Positions 11,772-24,464 of a stretch of DNA of 64,000 nucleotides are shown one piece after another. The stretch lies in NCBI GenBank assembly GCA_053919585.1, contig CM132796.1; one strand, written 5' to 3'. Position 1 is the stretch's first letter. Every line of letters starts with the position of its first letter. The stretch comes from Euprymna scolopes. Its lineage: Eukaryota. Below the pieces are notes generated by a model that saw only the letters and a program-made list of their open reading frames with translations, had not been told where the DNA came from and made no database searches. The position numbers and the translations under genes are program-made.

Positions 11772-12212
11772 TTTTTTTACATAGGCGTCACCACTTATCC
11801 AGGCCGATAGGCCACTCAAGGATAAGGTTTAAAGAGTGTACAGTAGTCAAAGGACAATATAGTAATCGATAGTAATGGAAGTTCGGTAAAATTGTTATCT
11901 TAAGTGGAACGGATCATCAGAAACTTGTTCACATTGGACTTGAAGACAACCATATTATAGACGGCTGGAAAGCAGGAAAACGGAAGACAATTCCACAGGT
12001 TTGCAGTTCTAAGAAAGAAACTTTGATCATGGAATCTATGTTTAGGTTAAGGCACATATAAAGAGTGGGGGAATTATTGATAGTGTTTTCAGCTAGACGA
12101 GTGTTTCTTGTGAAAGTTTAGCGAGGGGGGCCATAGATTGAAGCTCAGTCGAACACTTTCCATAAAAGTAACGATAAAGCAGAGACAAGCTCGCAACATC
12201 TCTTCTGTGAGA
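11772..12212 (-). mobile_element. CR1/L2-group LINE 3' fragment (family A)
   Basis: Similar to the reverse complement of 1020-1457. Confidence 0.85.
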
Positions 12213-12279
12213 TCTTCTTCTTCTTCTTCTTTTTCTTCTTCTTCTTCTTCTTCTTATTATTATTATTATTATTATTATT

Positions 12280-13420
12280 AACTAGGAGTTCTAACACAAG
12301 TCAGCATCAAACATTTTTCGCAGTAGTGTTCCTTGGAGTCTTTGTGACAACACGTTTCTCCAAATTTCCAGTATCTCTCGCTACTTATAAAACCTTTGCA
12401 AATGATTTAGGATCATCGCAATAGCCGTTTGCCATTGACTTTTCGGTAGCAATGACCGTTGGTCATAACTAGAATTTGAGTGGTAATAAGCCTTCCTAAG
12501 GTCCCATTTCGCACCCATCTAGGTATCATTAGTGCTTCCTCTCCTCAATGTTTCCATCTTCCTCAACATTCCCTGCCTATTTGGTTTGGTGCCAGTTGAA
12601 TCTTGCCCTAATTTTTATAAGTGGGATTATCTTACGACCATTATACAGATCCACTTATCTTCTTTCCATTTAGTGTGTCTCTTGCAGTTTCTGTTTCGCT
12701 GATTATCGTGTGTAGCTCTGCATTCTAGAGTTTTCTTTAATATCTCAGCCGTTTTTGTTATTGGTATCAGTTGTATATTCTCACTCATTCATGTGATTCC
12801 AATACTGCCCAATCTTTTTTTCGAAGTTTATAGAGATTGTTCCTTGTGCACCTACGACGATTCATGTTATCTTGGCTTTCTTCAGCTTCCATATTCTTTC
12901 CATCTCTGGTTATTTCCAATGTATTTGCTTCGCTTCCCCTTCACTTTGATATCCACTACGGTCTGTTGGAACAGCGAAATATACGATCTGGCAAGACTTT
13001 TAATTCTTGTTAATTAAAATGATATCTGATGTTTTTGCTTGAATAGGTTTATCTATTCAGACATCCATGTCCTATATGATTTCACGATTTCCATTTCCAA
13101 TTACCGGGTTGTGCCTGCTTTTTATTGTTTGTGTTGCAAAATGCACATGTGTACTGCCTTCCCGAACTGGGCATGCCTATTCTCACATTATTATTTTATG
13201 CTTCTTGCATTGACGTATTATGTGGTTTATTGCTTCGTCCTTTTTGTCTATTGAGTTTGAATTTACTGTTTGCTAGTGCTTTGTTAATCTTTAATTTTAT
13301 ATAATCGTTTAAAATACCTTTATTTGGTGCGGATGGTATGTTCTTCTTTTTCTTCATTTAAGTGTCCTTTTAGTAACCATGCCCAATTGTTTTCGTAAGT
13401 TTTATGCATTGTCATCGTAC
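12280..13420 (-). mobile_element. Highly decayed RLE-type (R4/Dong-like) retrotransposon remnant
   Basis: Adjoins (CTT)n/(ATT)n. The 12280-12460 part resembles the reverse complement of 30940-31155, which also ends in (TAA)n. Confidence 0.45.
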
Positions 13421-13468
13421 GTGTAGTTGTATTACATTTTAAATCCCGTGTTACCGTGAATCTCTCTT

Positions 13469-14444
13469 GGCAATGCCCAGAAAACACAACGCAAACCCCA
13501 CCGGAAAATGTCGAGTGAACTTATTCAGTAAGAAACCAAGTTGCCAAAAGAGAGGCGAACGAGCAGACGACACCGAATTGGAAGAAAAAAGTAAATTGAA
13601 AGATAGGGAAGAGTGTAATTGCACTTCACAAGATCCATTCGAAAAACAAATAGTGTTGATTCTTGAGACTGGAAGCTATCGTGAAGTAAGTTGAGACGGT
13701 TCTTGCGTTCTGTCAAGAAACCCGGTTGCTGGCAACTGAGAGGAGATGCAAAAAATATAACCGCCGGTTTCGGCTGGAGGTGCAATAATGGCCAGTGTAA
13801 ATATTGGACCTCCTTGTACCATGGCACCTTCTTCCATCGATCCCCTCTCCGGATACCAATTATCTTAAGATTCATATATTTGTTGGCCTACGAAACGGCA
13901 ACGCAAAACAACATACGGCGAGAGTGCAATATCGGGTCGGATAACGCTGTCACTGACTGGAAAAACTTCTTGAGTGATATTTACTGACAGATCGGAGGCC
14001 CGGTCGAGACACGCAGTGAAAGTGGACGTGTCCGTCTTTAATAGCCGGAAATATAATGGCAGAGGCGTCGTCGAACCGCTCTGGGTCTCTTCGGTGGATA
14101 CGACCCTGTTGAGGATGAAAGTTTACTTAACAAAAAAAAAACTTTTGTTTGGAAAAGAAAATTGGTTCATAAAATGCAAAAATGTATAAATCTCCCCCAA
14201 ATAGATTTTTGTTTGTTCCTTAAAGCAAAAGTAATAATTGTTCATTAATTTAAAGAAAACACTTTTCATACAGCTAAAAAAAACCCAAAAAAACAGTTAA
14301 CAATAATTAAAAAAAAAATAAAACAGTACATTTCATGAAATTCTTACCGTAGGTTGTTTCTTTTTCTTTTTCATTTTCGTTTTTGTATTGACTTCCGTAT
14401 GCGCGGTATAATCCGACAGTTTGCGTCGTCCAGCGGTCGTTGCC
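13469..14444 (+). mobile_element. Merlin (IS1016/ISXO2-like) DNA transposon remnant with pseudogenised transposase
   Basis: ORF pieces WRC..C...S...GTFF.RSPL...DW.NFL.DI, then across frameshifts IGG...VKVDVSVFNSRKYNGRG..EPLWV (Merlin IGGPG/EIDES/KRKYNRG/WVFG motifs). Imperfect TIRs GGCAATGCCC...ACGCAAAC and GTTTGCGT...GGTCGTTGCC. Confidence 0.8.
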
Positions 14445-14459
14445 GAGCGAGACTTACGG

Positions 14460-15995
14460 AAAAAAGAGGCATCAGATCTTGTGGAATTATTCATTCTATA
14501 TACCCCCACAAACATATTTGATACTACAGATGTTGGCCTATATAGAGATGATGGACTAGCTATAATAAAAGACTCCAACAAAGTCAAGGGGAATACCTAT
14601 AAAAAACCATACAAAAGGAAATGAAAAAAATAGGCCTAAAAGTAGACATACTAGCTAACATAAATATAAACACTTTCTCGACGTCAAGATAAATTTAGAT
14701 AAAAACACATATGAACCCTATTTAAAAGACAACGCTAATCCAATATACGTAAATCCCCCAAGTCCACTCACCCACCATCAATTATAAAACAAATTTCTAA
14801 CTCGATCGTAAGTAGACTCAGCAATATCTCAAGCCATGAAAATGTATTTAACAGATCAATCAATATCTAATAGTGGATACGAAAATATTGATATATAAAC
14901 AACAAAACACTAATACCTATAATAAAATTAAACATAGAAGAAAAAGAAATATAATCTGGTATACGGCACCATACAATTAAATGTTAAAAGCAAAACTTGG
15001 CAAGAAATGTCTAGATCTCATTGAAAAGCGCTTCACCGTAACCCATCCCTTACACACAATTTTCAATAAAAATAAGCTTAAGTCATCATACAGCTGCTGT
15101 GAAATTTAGGAATGATAATTAAAGTACATGATAACAAAATATTAAATGAAACCAATGAAAACAACAACAAAATAAACAATAATAACTGAACACCGTGACA
15201 AAAATAAAAGTAACACAAATNNNNNNNNNNNNNNNNNNNNNNNNNNNNNNNNNNNNNNNNNNNNNNNNNNNNNNNNNNNNNNNNNNNNNNNNNNNNNNNN
15301 NNNNNNNNNNNNNNNNNNNNNNNNNNNNNNNNNNNNNNNNNNNNNNNNNNNNNNNNNNNNNNNNNNNNNNNNNNNNNNNNNNNNNNNNNNNNNNAACCAT
15401 ACTAGAAATAAAACTAAAAATACTAATAACGAACAAGATAAATGCAACTGCAGATCCCGCTCACATTTTCGACTTCAAAACAAATGTCTAACCAAAAGCA
15501 TAGTTTACCAGGCCATAATATTTGCGAAAGAAAACCCAAATAAAAAGAAATATTACGTAGGCATGACTTCCTTAGATTTCCAAACACGATATTATTACCA
15601 CAAAAAAAAAAACACCGAATGAAAACAACGCTAGCAAACAAATAACACACACAAAGGAAGGGGTGAACCGGAGGGCAACTGGGGTTTGTCCTGTAAGTGC
15701 CTGCTCATTGGCTGATTAGAAATGTTGCGGTGGAAGCTAGAACGCTAATTAGCTAACAAAAACTCAATGGAATGTGTGTATATAAAAACGCGAGACAACC
15801 ACAACTTGCAAAAGCCTGATGAATCCTAGCGTGGATGAAACGCGAAATATTCTGTGTAGCTTAATTACCATATACATATTATAACTTACTACCTTGCTCT
15901 GCCTACGTATTGAGCACTATTGAAGTAAATACTTAGGTTACGCATAAATTTATACATTCGTATATTAATTTATGTGATTAAATGAAGCAGTCATA
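14460..15995 (+). mobile_element. Penelope-like retroelement: 5'-truncated RT pseudogene plus pLTR
   Basis: GLYRDDGL, FLDV.INL..NTYEPY.K.NANPIYVN, HPPSIIKQI, KRNIIWY.APYN, HPLHTIFNKNKLKSSYSC. The 3' repeat contains an HHR. An N-gap interrupts the element. Confidence 0.88.
15812..15862 (+). ncRNA. Type I hammerhead ribozyme in a PLE pLTR
   Basis: aagc-CTGATGA-atcc(tagcgt)ggat-GAA-acgcg(aaatattc)tgtgt-A-gctt. Confidence 0.85.
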
Positions 15996-16099
15996 TATAT
16001 ATGTTAATGTTGGGTAAGTTTTAGAGATTTGATTTTCCTCTCTTATTTGCTAGGGTGGTAACAAATAAGGATGGAGCGTTACCTGTTTTAATTTTGATT

Positions 16100-16290
16100 C
16101 TAGCTGATAAAACTCATGTAATATATCATATTTAAGCGTATTTTACGACTGGGCTACGCCGATCAGTCACATATATTAGATACAATATAATAATCAAGAA
16201 TGAATTAGCTTTGTATTAATAAATACAAAATGTGTTTTAATTAAATATCATATTAAAGCATAGGTTATGACCGGGCCAAGGTTGCTAGTT
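16100..16290 (+). mobile_element. Helitron 3'-end remnants (two partial ends)
   Basis: aagcgtattttacgactgggctacgccg and gaccgggccaaggttgCTAGT, similar to 60540-60583. Confidence 0.5.
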
Positions 16291-16805
16291 TCGAAAAGGT
16301 TTACAAGATTATTTTATTTTAAAAATACTTATCAAACATAACAAAGAAAATGAACTACTGGGTAAACGTTAAGGAATAATCTTGTTAATATTTAATAGTG
16401 AACAAATGTGTCATAAAAAATTAAGCGTAGCTAAAGATCTTTTTATTAATAACGGTTTCTCTACATCGTCGACCACGTGATCTAATTGATTGCTTGCAAA
16501 ATCAGCAGTATCTCCCCCATTCGTCTCCCAATATTTCACACAAGTGATCCTGTTTTTCGCATTTCTTTACTGGACCTATGAACAATAACATAATTTTCTG
16601 AAATTGCAATTTTTCTTCATAGTTAGCGTTAATTCTATATTTCTTTCTTATAAAAAGGGGTTTTCAGATAGAATTTGTCATATTTCTTTAAAATAACGTC
16701 ATAGTGATAATTTTACTTTTACTTATTGTTGAAAAGCTTCATCGAGTGTTTTGTAATAATATAAAATTACTATTTCTGCTAATTATTAACACCGTTTCTT
16801 ATTTA

Positions 16806-17418
16806 CAGAGAACATAAACTGGAATTTATACACTGAGAGCATTGCCAAGGCTGCTGCAAAGAAGGTGGGCTCTCTCTACCGTGCCAGAAAATTACTTACG
16901 CCTGAAAGTATCCTGTACCTCTATAAGGCCACCGTTCGCCCATGTGTGGAGTATTGCTGTCATATTTAGGCTGGTGCATCTGCTGCTTGTCTCTCACTCT
17001 TGGACAGAGTTAAAAAGAGAGTCGTCAACCTGATAGGTCCTGAACTGTCATCTAAGCTTCAGCTTCTGTCCCATTGATGAAATGTTGCATCCCTCTTCCT
17101 GTTCTACAAATACTTTTATGATGGCTGCTCTAACGAACTGTAAGCACGTGCACCTCCTCGACGTGACTACCCCCGACAAACCCGACAAGCAACTAAGTTC
17201 CACCCCTTTATAGTAAAGACCCCTAGGTGTAAGAACGCTTTTTACTCCAATAGTTTCTTTCCCAGTACTGGATACCGCTTTCCCAACTGTACTGATATGC
17301 AGAAGTTCAAGTGTAATGTGAACAAATATCTTTCTACTCTTCATAATGCCCTGCAAAATGTCCCCCAATAGTAGCCCCCTATTTGCCTTGTTTCGGGTGA
17401 AAATTGAATTAAAAAAAA
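16806..17418 (+). mobile_element. CR1/L2-group LINE 3' fragment (family B)
   Basis: IAKAAAKKVGSLYRAR..ILYLYKATVRPCVEYCCHI. Colinear with 63390-64000 and ends in an A-run. Confidence 0.88.
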
Positions 17419-19699
17419 GTTCTGTCCAGCAGGTTATTTTCTTTTGTTCCATTTAAATTTTATTAAAACCTTCTGTAACCTTATATAATGTTTACACATT
17501 ATACCGTAATCTTTATTCAGTAAAGAATCCATTGCTAATAATGTATGACTTATATAGTAATACGCATATTTTATGTATTTCATGTTTTTGTTTCTGTTTT
17601 TGATATGACCGATACTATACAATATAGTGAGTGAGAGAGAGAGAGAGAGAGAGAAAGAAAGAAAAAAAAGAAAGAAAGAAAAAATAAAGTTAGAGCCGTA
17701 TTGAGAAGAAGAGCGGATCAAGCAATCTACAATATTTGGTTTCATTAAGTTGAACTGAACTGAAGATATCTCTGCATGACTGCCAGAACCGAGGAAAAGG
17801 TCACCGAGTTGATGTCGTCACCGGAGTAAGTAGTTATCTATTTCCGATGCGTAGCCACTATAAAGAAGACGTCGGTTCGGAAATACACTTAATGTCTGTT
17901 CGTTGATGTGTTTAAAGAGAAAAAACCCCCAGAAAGATCTGACAAGCGAGTTCGAAATTTATATCTCTGCTATAATCACCGACTAAGCAAGTCATATATT
18001 TTGGTTAAAGTCACCGGATTGTAGAGAGTTTGCAGTTGGTTGCGTATTCCGATTTTAGATACCTCAGATAATTGGTCGCGCTGTTCCGTTTCAGTATGAA
18101 ATAGCATTTTTTTTTAGCAAAACGTGCGCATTCAAAGGCCGCAGTGTCAGATTGCTTGCAGTAGCTCTGTCTGTATCGCTTAAGTTTCAAATAGCATTTT
18201 CGTAGCTTTCTAACAATTAGGTTTGAATCCTATTTTTTTTTTTTTGTCTGTCAATATTATCTTTTCATATTATTTTAAATCGTTCATTTTTAATAGCATT
18301 TTCTTACTGTTAATTTACAGTTTTAATCGTATTTTCATTAATGTCAAATATCATGTTTCGGTTTGCACGTAAATCACGATAGAAGAATATATACGTCGGT
18401 TGGTCTGTGGTATTTTAGTTTAAAATACCATGTTAGATTTGATCCTGCATCTCTCTACAAAACTTTGCGTTCATCCGTCAGTCTGCATATAGTATATTCA
18501 GATTTTCTGCTCAATTTTAGAATAGGTGTTCTCTAATCATTTTCTGTGATATTATAATTTAAAAATATCTTATTTAAATTTGTAAACGCACCTCTAGGGC
18601 AAGTGCCATTGTTCGATTTCTCCATGTAGCTGTTGAAAAAGCTCCGTTCGTCAAGCGACCTATTACTCTCAAATTTTAAATATTGTAATATAGAGTATTT
18701 CCAGGAATGGCAATTAATCTGAAAGATTATTATTATGATCGTTGTTGGTGTTAGGAAAATAGATTGTTTAGAAAATATGTATTGAGAATGCTAACGTGGG
18801 AATGTTAAAACAATCAAGCAGGTAAGAACATAAACAATGGAGATGATTTAAAGATGACATCACATGGTCGCAAAGATATGTGTACTAATGACATAATGAG
18901 ATAGTTAGAAGTGACACTTAGAGTTTTAGTTAAAGTTTAAGTCAGACTAAATCGGAGAAATTAGCACGAAAGATATCGTCTCCGCGTTTTGAAATCCGGG
19001 AGAAACGCGCATTTAGCATAATGAAGAAATTACAACGTCTTGCAGATCCAATGGGGAATAACGACCAGTAGAATAAAGTTCTATAAAAATATAACTTCCA
19101 TTTGGTGTTTCGTTACGATTCACTGAGAGAAAGGATGTACCTGTTCCAGCATATGTTATGTATTGCCACGTAGTAAATGAACGGTTTTTATATATGTTGC
19201 TATTCTTTCGCAGCCGGCCATTTAATGCAAAACAACTTTACAATAATATTAACCACACACACACACACATACACACACACACATATATATATATATTATA
19301 CACTAGGATATAACAAAAAATTTTCAATATGTATGCACACATATTATACACGTAAATACGTAAATTCATAAATGTTATACAAACCACTATGCCAGCTCAG
19401 TTTTTTCCTGTCATATTTAGTTAAAGCTTTATCTGTTCGTTAGTCGCTCTGATACATTTCAGTCTGAAAAATAATATTTAAATTTGTCAGCAAATGTTAA
19501 TAGCAGGCTCTGTCTGTTTTTCTCGGCCATCTCTACATAAAGCTACACTTGGCAGTTTGTCAGAGGTGCTAAAGATTAAAATATTATGTTTGGATTTGTC
19601 AGTGCATTTTTAGAAAGATGCTTTCTGTCCATTGAACTGTGAAATTTAGTTCAAATATCAGATTGACAAGAAACGTCTTGCGTTCGTTTTTTAAGTTTT

Positions 19700-20915
19700 A
19701 AATGAAGATCAACATATCTCGGCTCAAACAGAAATTTATTGATCGAAATTAGCATCCTCACAATCAACACAATTTTATCAGGGCAAAACAAATGTATTTA
19801 TGCCAATAACATAAAAATCTTGTTGTCTGGTGGCGAGGAAGTCGCTGAAGACGTTTTGAGACCGCTTAGGTTATTGAAGCATTTCTTATGCAGAAAGTTG
19901 TAGATGCTTGAAAAAGCAGTAGTCGTTAGGTGAGACGTCTGGAGAGTTTGGGGAATGGGACAGAGTTTCGTAGCCCAAGTCGTTAAACTTCTGCACGGTC
20001 GGTTTAGCAACGTGCAATCAAGCACTGTCCTGGAGACGGATTGTGTTTTTCTTGTAGAGTAATGCTGGGTGTTATCGTCAAAGTTTCTCATGCATTTCAT
20101 TCATTTAGTGAAAGTACTTATCCGTCGAAATAATTTCACCTGCATTCAAAAAAACTGTAATGGATGAGACCGGTACTACACACTAAATACTCAGCATGAC
20201 CTTCTTTTGGTGTAATTCTGGCTTCGGGAAATATCAAAGAAGTTCGTCGGTGTTTAACCACACAGCTGAGAGTTGCCAGTTGTTTTAATGAAGCCAGTTT
20301 TCATCGCAAGTTACAACACTGTCGAAAAACGGGTCGTTCTCGTTGCATACAAGAGGAGAAGATGATACTTCATAACGGCGTTTCTTTTGATTGTCGTTCA
20401 ATTTGTGAGGTACCAATTTATCAAAATTTCTTTTCTTTCCAATTTCTCTCAAATACTTGGAAATCGTCGTGCACATTAGGTCTCATTCAGAACCAATTTC
20501 TCGAACAGTTGTGCGTGGATTGGCTTCGACTAAAGTTCTTGATTAGTCGTTATCCGATGGCCAACAACATCAAGTCTCTCATCACCGCCACGAAATTTCT
20601 TAAACCTCGATTGTACTGTGCGTGCAGTAGTGGTTCCTAGGCAAAACGCTTTGTTGGTATCGCTAGCTGTTTCAGTAGGTTTTCAGAATAACTCGAATTG
20701 AAATAAAAAAACCTGCATATTTGCTTTCTTTCTATCTTGCATTTAATGTTAGGAACGGAAGACATAATTGCATTTAAACGATTGTAATTAATACGATTAG
20801 ATGGACCGAAAAGCACTCTTTAAATGATACGTGAAGTAAAGGTATTAAACGAAACCTTATTTGAAAATACATTGGAATTAAAATTAAAACTTTTGCAATA
20901 ACTTTCTTTTCAACA
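19700..20915 (-). pseudogene. Mariner (DD34D-type) transposase pseudogene
   Basis: KLVPHKL (WVPHEL motif), FFDSVVTCDENW (first catalytic Asp) and PHSPNSPDVSPNDY (YSPDL motif) in shifted frames. Confidence 0.9.
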
Positions 20916-21149
20916 AAATGACATTTAGATTTGTTCGCTCTTCTCTAAAAAAAGGCTTCTTCCGACAGTTGGTATATGACAATTTAATTAAAAATATCTT
21001 GTTATAATTTCTTTACGCATTTAGAAAAATATATTTCTATGACGGTCGGTATCTAATAATTCATTTCTAAATATATTGTATTTGTCCGCGCATCTCTAAG
21101 AATGCATTCTCTGGCGGTCGGTATGAAACAATTGAGTTTAAAATATTTT

Positions 21150-21581
21150 TTTTTATTATTGACTACCAAACTCCTCTGTCGGTTTTTGGTCTACAAACAT
21201 GAAACTTCATACATAGGGTATTTGAACCCATGCGAAACTTTACATTTGGGTTTTAGCCGGGGAAAATCGGTGCAAAAGTGTGAAAATTAAAAAATAAAAT
21301 TTGCCAGCTGGAGGTCGAACGACGGCATTAGTAATATGCATGCGTAACGTAATAGCTGTTGCTTAATGTTTTCATTTTAAACCTTGCAGCAAAGAGGTCT
21401 TTATAGGTCAGGCATAAACGTCAAAGGAAAAAAATGTGAGCTAAACGTTTTGGTTTCGATTCTCGGTTGTAGCGTATGAGCCATTAATTTTAAACGTTGG
21501 AAATCGTTACTATATATTGGGGCCAATAAATGTTAACAATAAATAAAAATCTGAATTAATTCAAATATCATATTTTAGCGT
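21150..21581 (+). mobile_element. Non-autonomous Helitron body, running into a gap
   Basis: Colinear with the reverse complement of 27000-27560, which carries a Helitron 3' end. Confidence 0.6.
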
Positions 21582-21807
21582 NNNNNNNNNNNNNNNNNNN
21601 NNNNNNNNNNNNNNNNNNNNNNNNNNNNNNNNNNNNNNNNNNNNNNNNNNNNNNNNNNNNNNNNNNNNNNNNNNNNNNNNNNNNNNNNNNNNNNNNNNNN
21701 NNNNNNNNNNNNNNNNNNNNNNNNNNNNNNNNNNNNNNNNNNNNNNNNNNNNNNNNNNNNTAAAATTAAAGACTGATTTGCACGTTCTTCTGCAAATGTT
21801 GGTGAAA

Positions 21808-22397
21808 CCTATAAATATAAAAGCGAAAAAGTATTATGTGTGTATGTGTGTTCGCTTTTTCTGTATGTCTACAAAAGGCTTTTTTTTTTCAGAGAAACGG
21901 TCGGTCGGTTCACAACTTTTTAAAACTTTTAATATCACATATGAATCGTAATATCTCAGACTTAACAACGAAGCTCGCCTGTCTATTTAATTTTCTCAAC
22001 TTCGGGAAGATAAATATTCAACATTTGTCGCTCGCCGCATGTGGGTTAGTCTTTTTCCTATAACATATTGGGAAAATAAAAATAAAAAAAGCGTTCCCGC
22101 AGTAAATGAAATACTATCCCCCAGTCAAACTTGACCTCATTAAGTCATTAAAACGTGCAACTGCCAAATCCAAGTAATTAAATAAATTCAAACCTGCTTC
22201 CGTTAACATCTAGCGGTGGCCCAATGGTTAAAACCGTCGCACTCTTTTTTTCACACTTTAATTTCCAACTTTGCCTCAACGGTTCGGGTTCGATCCTCAT
22301 ACTTACTTACCAAAACATTTTTTTTATTTTACCGCCCCCCCCGGAATTTCCACATACACCTCCAAACACCCGGGCAACGTCGGTTACCCCTTGCTAG
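21808..22397 (+). mobile_element. Non-autonomous Helitron containing tRNA-like A/B boxes
   Basis: 5' CCTATAAATATAAAAG and 3' cccgggcaacgtcgg...gCTAG|T. Internal TGGCCCAATGG at 22217 and GGTTCGATCC at 22287. Confidence 0.8.
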
Positions 22398-23565
22398 TGT
22401 AATATTAAAGTGTCCGATATAGTAGAAAACGCCCAAACGTTCTTTTTTTGTTCTTTAAACCGTTAAATTTTGAATGTTGCATTTATATGTAAATTATCTG
22501 AACACGATTTTACTCCCAAAGATAAGGTTGTTTTTCCCTTTACTATTTGTAAATTATATTCTTGAATCATATATTAGTAATGCTTAAATTTATATGTTCT
22601 GCTTCCTGTGTTTTTATCAGTAAATTCATTCATTTGTTAGAATGATATGAACGATGGGTGTTTAATTACCTCTGTATTTCGATTATGAAATTCCGACTAA
22701 CAAATTACGTCTTGCCTCTCTGAAATATTGCAGTTAATCAGGAGAGCCAGAGCGAGGGAGAAAAGATATAGAAAATGAATGAAGTAAGATTTTGCATTAA
22801 ACACACTGATTTATCATAGACAATGTTTCGCTCTTTTAAATTGATTATTCATCAATATTAGCCGTCTGACTAATGATTCAAGTAAAGGTAAATGTTTAAT
22901 GGACGCATCTGCGAAGCTTAATTATCATAATATATTTTCATACTACTACTACTACTACTAAACTGTATTTACGTATTAAGGTATGTTTAAATAAATTCTG
23001 AAAATTTATTTAAACNNNNNNNNNNNNNNNNNNNNNNNNNNNNNNNNNNNNNNNNNNNNNNNNNNNNNNNNNNNNNNNNNNNNNNNNNNNNNNNNNNNNN
23101 NNNNNNNNNNNNNNNNNNNNNNNNNNNNNNNNNNNNNNNNNNNNNNNNNNNNNNNNNNNNNNNNNTTATTTTTTGTGTCCATTGCATTACGTTTTCGGGG
23201 ATCAAGGTGCTCTTTTATGGAGATAATATCTGGTTTCTATACAGATATCCGAGTATTCGATAAAGATTCGCCAACGTTGAGTAAGTACAGCAGGAAAGGC
23301 GCCTAATATTTCTCTTCACAATTGATCACTTAATTATGTAATAGTTTATCTTTAATATGGTCTCTTGTGAATTTTGTTGGAATTATAGACAAAAATTTAT
23401 CAGATCTAGTAGTTTATCGAACTAAGTGCTGCTACATAATGTACTATCATTAGTTTCAAGCACAAAATTAACCAGGAAGTCACATAAGGTGGCATTCAAA
23501 AAATAAAAAAATAATATCGGTATTTTCGAGATGTAAAAAGAATTTCTCATTACGACCAATTTAAA

Positions 23566-23613
<48 letters not shown>

Positions 23614-23619
23614 GTATAT

Positions 23620-23873
23620 AGTGTTAAAAATGTATATGCCGATTAAGCTACACTGCATATCTCGCGTTTCATCCACTCTAGGACTCTTCAGGCTTATGCG
23701 GAGTCCTAGAGTGGATGAAAGCCGGAATATTCAGTGTAGGTTAATCGCCATATACATTTTATAACTTACTAACTAGCTCTACCTACGTATTGAGCACTTT
23801 TTAAGTAAATACTTAAAGATTACACATAAATCTATACTTTCGTATATTAATTTTATGTGAGTAAATTAAGTAG

Positions 23874-23880
<7 letters not shown>
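23620..23880. mobile_element. Solo PLE pLTR with an inverted partial copy
   Basis: 23700-23880 matches 15820-15995. 23628-23690 is an inverted copy of 23700-23760. Flanked by (CA)n and (TA)n. Confidence 0.85.
23645..23695 (-). ncRNA. Type I hammerhead ribozyme
   Basis: Minus strand reads aagc-CTGAAGA-gtcc(tagagt)ggat-GAA-acgc(gagatatgca)gtgt-A-gctt. Confidence 0.85.
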
Positions 23881-23945
<65 letters not shown>

Positions 23946-24464
23946 GAATTTATTCTACCCTTAAGTCATCAGAAGAAAAAAAACGTATCAATTCATCCAA
24001 ATAAATACATAAAAATAAATAAATAAAATAAAGACATATGGGCATGATTACACAATTCTTAAATTGTTTGAGATTTTTCAATTACCTTTTATATTTTTTT
24101 TCTTTTATTCCGCCATGTTTTAATGGCGTCATATAAGAAAAGGTAATTCGAAGTTGTATCCTAATTTTCGGATTTCGTTTGTAATCAGGTCCATATGCAT
24201 TTATTTTCTTTTGATATCTATAGAGAGAGAGAGAAAGAGAGAGAGGGGGCAAAGAGAGGGAGAGAGAGAGAGAAAAGTCAGAGCCCGGCGACATTGAATG
24301 ATTGCTAAAATAATAGGTAAATATTAGATAGGTTACGGCTAATTAGAACAGTTAGCATCGAAACTGTTTCGAACATAACCCAATCTCTAAATAAATACAT
24401 GCTTTTCTGATTAACGTATAGGCGGATATATAGATTCAAGGGAGGCTGCAGTCGCCCCATCAGA

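Noticed and set aside
17755-17810. Other CTGANGA matches as hammerheads (also 19846, 25312, 29198, 35324, 59144, 61885)
   Set aside because: They have no properly spaced GAAA and stems; several lie in TE coding sequence.
17600-19150. Possible host exon or retroelement 5' region
   Set aside because: No ORF or motif that I can support.
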